Positions 59,736 to 64,000 of a stretch of 64,000 nt of DNA are shown one piece after another. Every line of letters starts with the position of its first letter. Positions within the stretch are counted from its first letter, which is position 1. The notes under the pieces are model-generated. The model worked only from the letters and a program-made list of their open reading frames with translations, made no database searches and had not been told where the DNA came from. A program made the translations under genes and the position numbers. The stretch spans positions 11,031-75,030 of the forward strand of contig JAOUBX010000011.1 of the NCBI GenBank assembly GCA_029860075.1, given 5' to 3'. This DNA is from Deltaproteobacteria bacterium. GTDB taxonomy: Bacteria; Desulfobacterota; JADFVX01.

Positions 59736-60071
59736 ACACAGATCCTCCGTGTATGCCGTCAAAAAAATAATGAGAATTTAACTTTATGAAATCACGCTCA
59801 GAATAGCCCCTGCTGTGCACAGGGATGAAGGGCATCCCCCATGGCTCTCCCCCTTCACCAGGATGGCGGAGATCCTGTTAGAAAATTAGAGGCCCTCCCC
59901 TTTAAGGAGCAGGACATGGCGCTTTATGAATTTATTCCCCCTTTCATCAAATAAGGCCAAACAGTGAAAGAGGAATTATTTCCTTTTCTTATTTTTCATT
60001 TGATATTCCCTCTCCTATACTTTAGTATTAAGAATAACCTACCCTAAGGTCCTTAAAAAGGAGTCTTCTTT

Positions 60072-60479
60072 ATGAAAAAGAGTCTGAACTTTAAGTTTTT
60101 AGCCCTTACATTCCTCTTTTTCACACTTTTATCATACGGTTGCCTTAACAATAAAGCCTATGAAAACAAGGCGCATGTCGTATTCAAGTGGCAGCTTCAC
60201 ACGGAGAATACAACTTCCACCGGTTGGATAAAAGCGCATGGTTGGGTAATCAACAAAGGAAGCAAAAGAGCCGATTGGGTAACGGTTACCATCTATTCCA
60301 TCGACCCGGAAACGAACATTGTCGTTGATAAAAAAATGATTGATGTTCAAGGCACGGGGCCAAACAAACGGAGTGTGGAGCCCGGAGCAGCAGCTCGTTT
60401 TGACGCCAGGCTCAATTCCAAAAGGAAGCATCATTACAAATACAGGCGGGAAGTTACCTGGGTTGAAGCAGCACAATAA
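60072..60479 (+). CDS. Hypothetical lipoprotein
   Basis: SD AAGGAG, lipobox-like SYGC, beta-rich domain. Confidence 0.75.
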   Translation: MKKSLNFKFLALTFLFFTLLSYGCLNNKAYENKAHVVFKWQLHTENTTSTGWIKAHGWVINKGSKRADWVTVTIYSIDPETNIVVDKKMIDVQGTGPNKRSVEPGAAARFDARLNSKRKHHYKYRREVTWVEAAQ

Positions 60480-60550
60480 ACAAGCCTGCCGGTTAGCGAC
60501 TATTAATACCATTATTTCATACCTGCTCTCACCTTCCGGAATTTCCAGGC

Positions 60551-60604
60551 TATTTAGTGTCCATCCAGAAACGATAATCAATCAAACTATGTTTTCAATC
60601 AGGA
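60551..60604. repeat. Partial (left-end) copy of the 35661-35839 element
   Basis: TATTTAGTGTCCATCCAGAAACGATAATCAATCAAACTATGTTTTCAAT compared with TATTTAGTTTCCATCCAGAAACTATAATAAATGAAACTTTGTTTTCAAT. Confidence 0.75.
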
Positions 60605-60613
60605 ATTAGCGCC

Positions 60614-62686
60614 ATGAAAGAATTTAAGGAAGCCGAACTGCTTGCGCCTGCCGGAAGTATTGAAGCTTTTTTTGCCGCCATTGATTCCGGCGCCGATGCC
60701 CTCTACGCAGGTTTAAAATCATTTAGCGCCAGGGGCAGAGCGCGAAACTTTTCTATTGCCGACCTGGAAAAAGTCATTCCCTACGCTCATTCCAGGGATA
60801 AAAAAGTCTATATTGCCCTCAACACCATTCTAAAGGAAGGGGAACTTGAAAAGGTAATCTATGATCTCTCTGCCCTCTCCTGCCTTGGAGCGGACGCTGT
60901 AATTATCCAGGATCTCGGCCTTTATCGTATATTAAGAACTTATTTCCCTGACCTTACTATCCATGCCAGTACGCAAATGACGGTCCACAACAGTGCCGGT
61001 ATTAACCAACTGGCTTCCATGGGATTTAAAAGAATTGTTGTTGCACGTGAAATGACGCTAAAGGAGATCAAAGCCGCCAAAAAGAAATCGGACGTTGAAA
61101 TAGAGGCCTTTGTTCATGGATCAATGTGCTTCAGCTATGCCGGTTCCTGTTTTTTCAGCAGTTATCTCGGAGGAAAGAGTTCCAACCGCGGCGTCTGTGT
61201 TCAGCCCTGCCGAAGAGAATATCGTGACGGCCGGGAGGAAATGAATCCCTTCTCCATGGGAGATCTCTCTACCATTGAACTCATTCCTCAAATCATAAAA
61301 GCCGGAATAGATTCCTTCAAGATCGAGGGAAGAATGAAATCGGTAGAATACGTGGAAAATGTGGTCAAGGCTTACAGAATGGTCATGGATGCCGAGAATA
61401 ACAATCAAAAGGATGCAATTGATCAGGCAAAGGAACTCCTTAAAGATGTCATGTCACGCCAGCGCACGTCAGGCTTCTTTCTCGATGAAAGACCGCTATC
61501 GATTACCGTTCCGGGACGAAGCGGTAATATGGGAAAATTTGCAGGAAAGGTAATAAAGTGCGTCGGCACAAGAGCGCTCTTTAAGTCAACCATAGACCTT
61601 CACACCAGGGACAGGTTAAGAGTACAAAATGTAAAAACAGGGGGAAGAACGGCTTTTTCACTCAGGCAGATATGGTTGAAAGGTAAAAAAGTAAACCAGT
61701 CAAAAAAGGGAGATACCATAGAGATTACTGTTCCCGGCAGTTTAAACAAAGGGGATGCCCTTTTCAAAACGACGTCCCATGAGCACCGCGGTAAAAACAT
61801 TGAAGCCAAAAGACGGCTTGATAAAATAAAAGGCATCAAAATTCAGGAGGAAAGCAAGCTACAGGCAGCCGGGCTTTTAGAGAAACTGCTGAGAGAAAGC
61901 ATAAGCCCGCCTAAAGATGTCCATCCGGCAGGAACGCTTGTTCGGGTAGGTGATCTGAGAGATGTACCGAGGGTTTCAAGCCAGTGCAATGGCCTTATCA
62001 TTCCTCTTGTGAGGGCCACCATTCATAACCTGAAAAAGCATCTAAAAAGGCTTAAAGCCATGAAGGAGCGTATTGTCTGGTCTCTTCCACTGGTCATCCA
62101 GGAAGGGGAAATCCCCTTTTATAAGGATGTTATTGACTTTCTTGGGAGGGAAGGGTTTGCCAACTGGCAGGTTTCCAACATCAGTCATTTTAACCTTTTA
62201 AAGGACGGTCACTTTAATATTAGCAGCAGCCACTATATTCATGCGCTAAACAGCGCTGCCATACAAAGCTTGTCCGACCTCGGCTGCTCCAGAATAACGC
62301 TTTCCATCGAGAGTGACGGCAATAACCTGGAGGCCCTTGTGAAAAAGGGAGCAACAGCCATGGGGGATCTCCTCGTCTATTCTCACCTGCCCCTTTACGT
62401 GTCACGGGTAAAATGGACAAAAAAGAAGAAAGGCCTCGGAGGACAGGAAGGCGGCGAATATATCCCGAAAGAGCGTGATGGCCTGACCTATGTTTTTGCC
62501 GAAAAGCCCTTTTCCTTCTTTGGCTATATGAAGCGATTCAAAAAGATGGGCTTTAAGAACTTCCAGATCGATCTCAGCGGCGAGAGCAGACAGCGTGACA
62601 ATTACCAGGAAATATTGAGCAGCTATAAAAGTGGAAAATGGCTTGAAGAATGCTCTTCCATGAATATGGAGACGGGCCTGGAATAA
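60614..62686 (+). CDS. U32 peptidase-family protein (RlhA/TrhP-like RNA hydroxylase)
   Basis: ELLAPAG, HASTQ, EAFVHGSMCFSYAGSC, NRGVCVQPCR, KIEGRMK. Confidence 0.92.
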   Translation: MKEFKEAELLAPAGSIEAFFAAIDSGADALYAGLKSFSARGRARNFSIADLEKVIPYAHSRDKKVYIALNTILKEGELEKVIYDLSALSCLGADAVIIQDLGLYRILRTYFPDLTIHASTQMTVHNSAGINQLASMGFKRIVVAREMTLKEIKAAKKKSDVEIEAFVHGSMCFSYAGSCFFSSYLGGKSSNRGVCVQPCRREYRDGREEMNPFSMGDLSTIELIPQIIKAGIDSFKIEGRMKSVEYVENVVKAYRMVMDAENNNQKDAIDQAKELLKDVMSRQRTSGFFLDERPLSITVPGRSGNMGKFAGKVIKCVGTRALFKSTIDLHTRDRLRVQNVKTGGRTAFSLRQIWLKGKKVNQSKKGDTIEITVPGSLNKGDALFKTTSHEHRGKNIEAKRRLDKIKGIKIQEESKLQAAGLLEKLLRESISPPKDVHPAGTLVRVGDLRDVPRVSSQCNGLIIPLVRATIHNLKKHLKRLKAMKERIVWSLPLVIQEGEIPFYKDVIDFLGREGFANWQVSNISHFNLLKDGHFNISSSHYIHALNSAAIQSLSDLGCSRITLSIESDGNNLEALVKKGATAMGDLLVYSHLPLYVSRVKWTKKKKGLGGQEGGEYIPKERDGLTYVFAEKPFSFFGYMKRFKKMGFKNFQIDLSGESRQRDNYQEILSSYKSGKWLEECSSMNMETGLE

Positions 62687-62725
62687 TTATTTATAAAATA
62701 ATAAGCCTTTCTGCCGTTTATATCA

Positions 62726-62965
62726 TTTTCCACGAAAACTGTGGAAAAAGCGCTTCTTTTTCTCATTTCCCCCCCTAAAAGTCCGTTCCAATGGGGTAAA
62801 AAGTAAAATGCCTCTTTTCAAGCATTTATTCCCGCCTTTTTTATGCCGACCTTTGAAGGGCTTGCCTTTAGACAAGTCTATCAAAGGGGCTATCTCTAAA
62901 ATTTCATGAGATAGAATTAATAGCGACTCACTTTATCCACAGCCGCTCTCTCAGCCTGTGGATAA
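62726..62965. promoter_or_regulatory. Cluster of DnaA boxes
   Basis: TTTTCCACG (62726), TGTGGAAAA (62740), perfect TTATCCACA (62933), perfect TGTGGATAA (62957). Confidence 0.65.
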
Positions 62966-63183
62966 GTACAAAAAATAAAGGTATTATCAGAACCTTATCT
63001 ATTCATCCTCTCATCTTAAGGGCAGCATTTTTTTCACTCTTTCAAAGAGGGCCGGGTTCTGTCTTGTTAAAGTAATGCAAAGATTGACAGTCCGTACCTT
63101 TTACATTATTGTAGTGTCACTTTTTTAATAACTCCCTTCCCGGGGATACATTGATATTTTCAACAAAAGGAGAAATAGCCCTA

Positions 63184-64000
63184 ATGAAAAAAGAGGCCAT
63201 TCAAAAAGGCGATAGATTATCAGGATTTATTGTGGATCGTATTGTAGAGCTCACTGATCTGTCTATGACTCTTTTCATGCTTTCTCATGAAAAAACAGGC
63301 GCCCAATATATACATATTAAAAATGACGATGAAAACAATCTTTTTTCCATTGCTTTCAGAACGACGCCCATGGATTCTACGGGGGTGGCTCATATTCTTG
63401 AACACACCGTGCTTTGCGGATCAAAAAAATTTCCTGTAAGAGATCCTTTCTTTTCCATGCTCAAACGGAGCCTCAATACCTTCATGAATGCACTGACGGC
63501 AAACGACTGGACTATGTATCCTTTTTCAACACAAAATGAGAAAGACTTTTACAATCTTATGGATGTCTACCTCGATGCCACCTTTTTTCCCAATATAAGG
63601 GAGCTTAGTTTCAAACAGGAAGGATGGCGTGTCGAATTTGAAGAAACTGAGAATCGGGAATCAAAACTCACCTACAAAGGGGTCGTCTACAACGAAATGA
63701 AGGGTGCCATGTCTGATCCTGCTTCACTCATGCACAGGCGGCTTCAAAGGGCACTCTACCCTTCAAGTACTTATCACCATAACTCGGGCGGCGAACCGGC
63801 AAACATACCTGACCTTAGCTGGGAACAGTTAAAAGAATTCCATGGAACCTACTATCACCCATCAAATGCAAAGTTCTTTACCTATGGCAACCTGCCTTTG
63901 GAAAAACACCTGAAGGTAATAGAAGAACGTGTCCTGTCAGGCTTTGAAAAGCTCCATGTCGATAGTGAGGTTAAAAGAGAGAGAAGATATGAATCACCGC
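63184..64000 (+). CDS. M16C insulinase-family metallopeptidase (PreP-like), 3' end beyond window
   Basis: SD AAGGAG, ATG 63184; STGVAHILEHTVLCGSKKFPVRDPFFSMLKRSLNTFMNA, FKQEGW, GVVYNEMKG. Confidence 0.95.
   Translation, partial: MKKEAIQKGDRLSGFIVDRIVELTDLSMTLFMLSHEKTGAQYIHIKNDDENNLFSIAFRTTPMDSTGVAHILEHTVLCGSKKFPVRDPFFSMLKRSLNTFMNALTANDWTMYPFSTQNEKDFYNLMDVYLDATFFPNIRELSFKQEGWRVEFEETENRESKLTYKGVVYNEMKGAMSDPASLMHRRLQRALYPSSTYHHNSGGEPANIPDLSWEQLKEFHGTYYHPSNAKFFTYGNLPLEKHLKVIEERVLSGFEKLHVDSEVKRERRYESP

Noticed and set aside
59800-59915. IS200/IS605-type end remnant
   Set aside because: Only vaguely similar hairpins, with no tnpA/tnpB fragment.
13457-60000. Integrative genomic island inserted at tRNA-Arg
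   Set aside because: The region starts beside a tRNA, but I found no integrase, no duplicated tRNA 3' end and no transfer genes.

Overview
Bacterial chromosome window, probably from a deltaproteobacterial (Desulfobacterota-like) or Nitrospinota/Nitrospirota-like organism; this is inferred from gene content only. The left ~13.5 kb is housekeeping: pheS (partial), rplT, rpmI, infC, thrS, tRNA-Val, a DEAD-box helicase, typA, ilvC, psd, pssA, leuA, a YccA-family gene and tRNA-Arg. The right end holds a U32-family gene, a DnaA-box cluster and a partial M16C protease. Between them (~13.6-59.7 kb) is a ~46 kb, mostly minus-strand respiratory region. It encodes an AioAB-like molybdoenzyme with two MauG/CcP diheme proteins (the gene set of dissimilatory iodate reductase IdrABP1P2, but in P-P-B-A order), a porin, a cupredoxin-like protein and a HEAT-repeat protein. 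It also encodes two paralogous four-gene modules, each a CydA-like protein without CydB plus three c-type cytochrome genes, one with an EbdC/NxrC-type heme-b domain. Accessory genes include heme biosynthesis, Cu chaperones, orphan ccoQP, two ECF sigma/anti-sigma pairs, and a sensor kinase with a sigma54 activator. Reading the DNA shows a shared palindrome (GGTAA-N5-TTACC) upstream of five sigma54-type promoters, which ties much of the region into one putative regulon that includes a candidate ~77-nt sRNA. The ORF track missed a UGA-recoded (selenocysteine) rhodanese, three small membrane peptides and the true ATA/ATT start of infC. Several MITE/REP-like repeat families are present. Function and reaction direction are inferences; no database searches were run.
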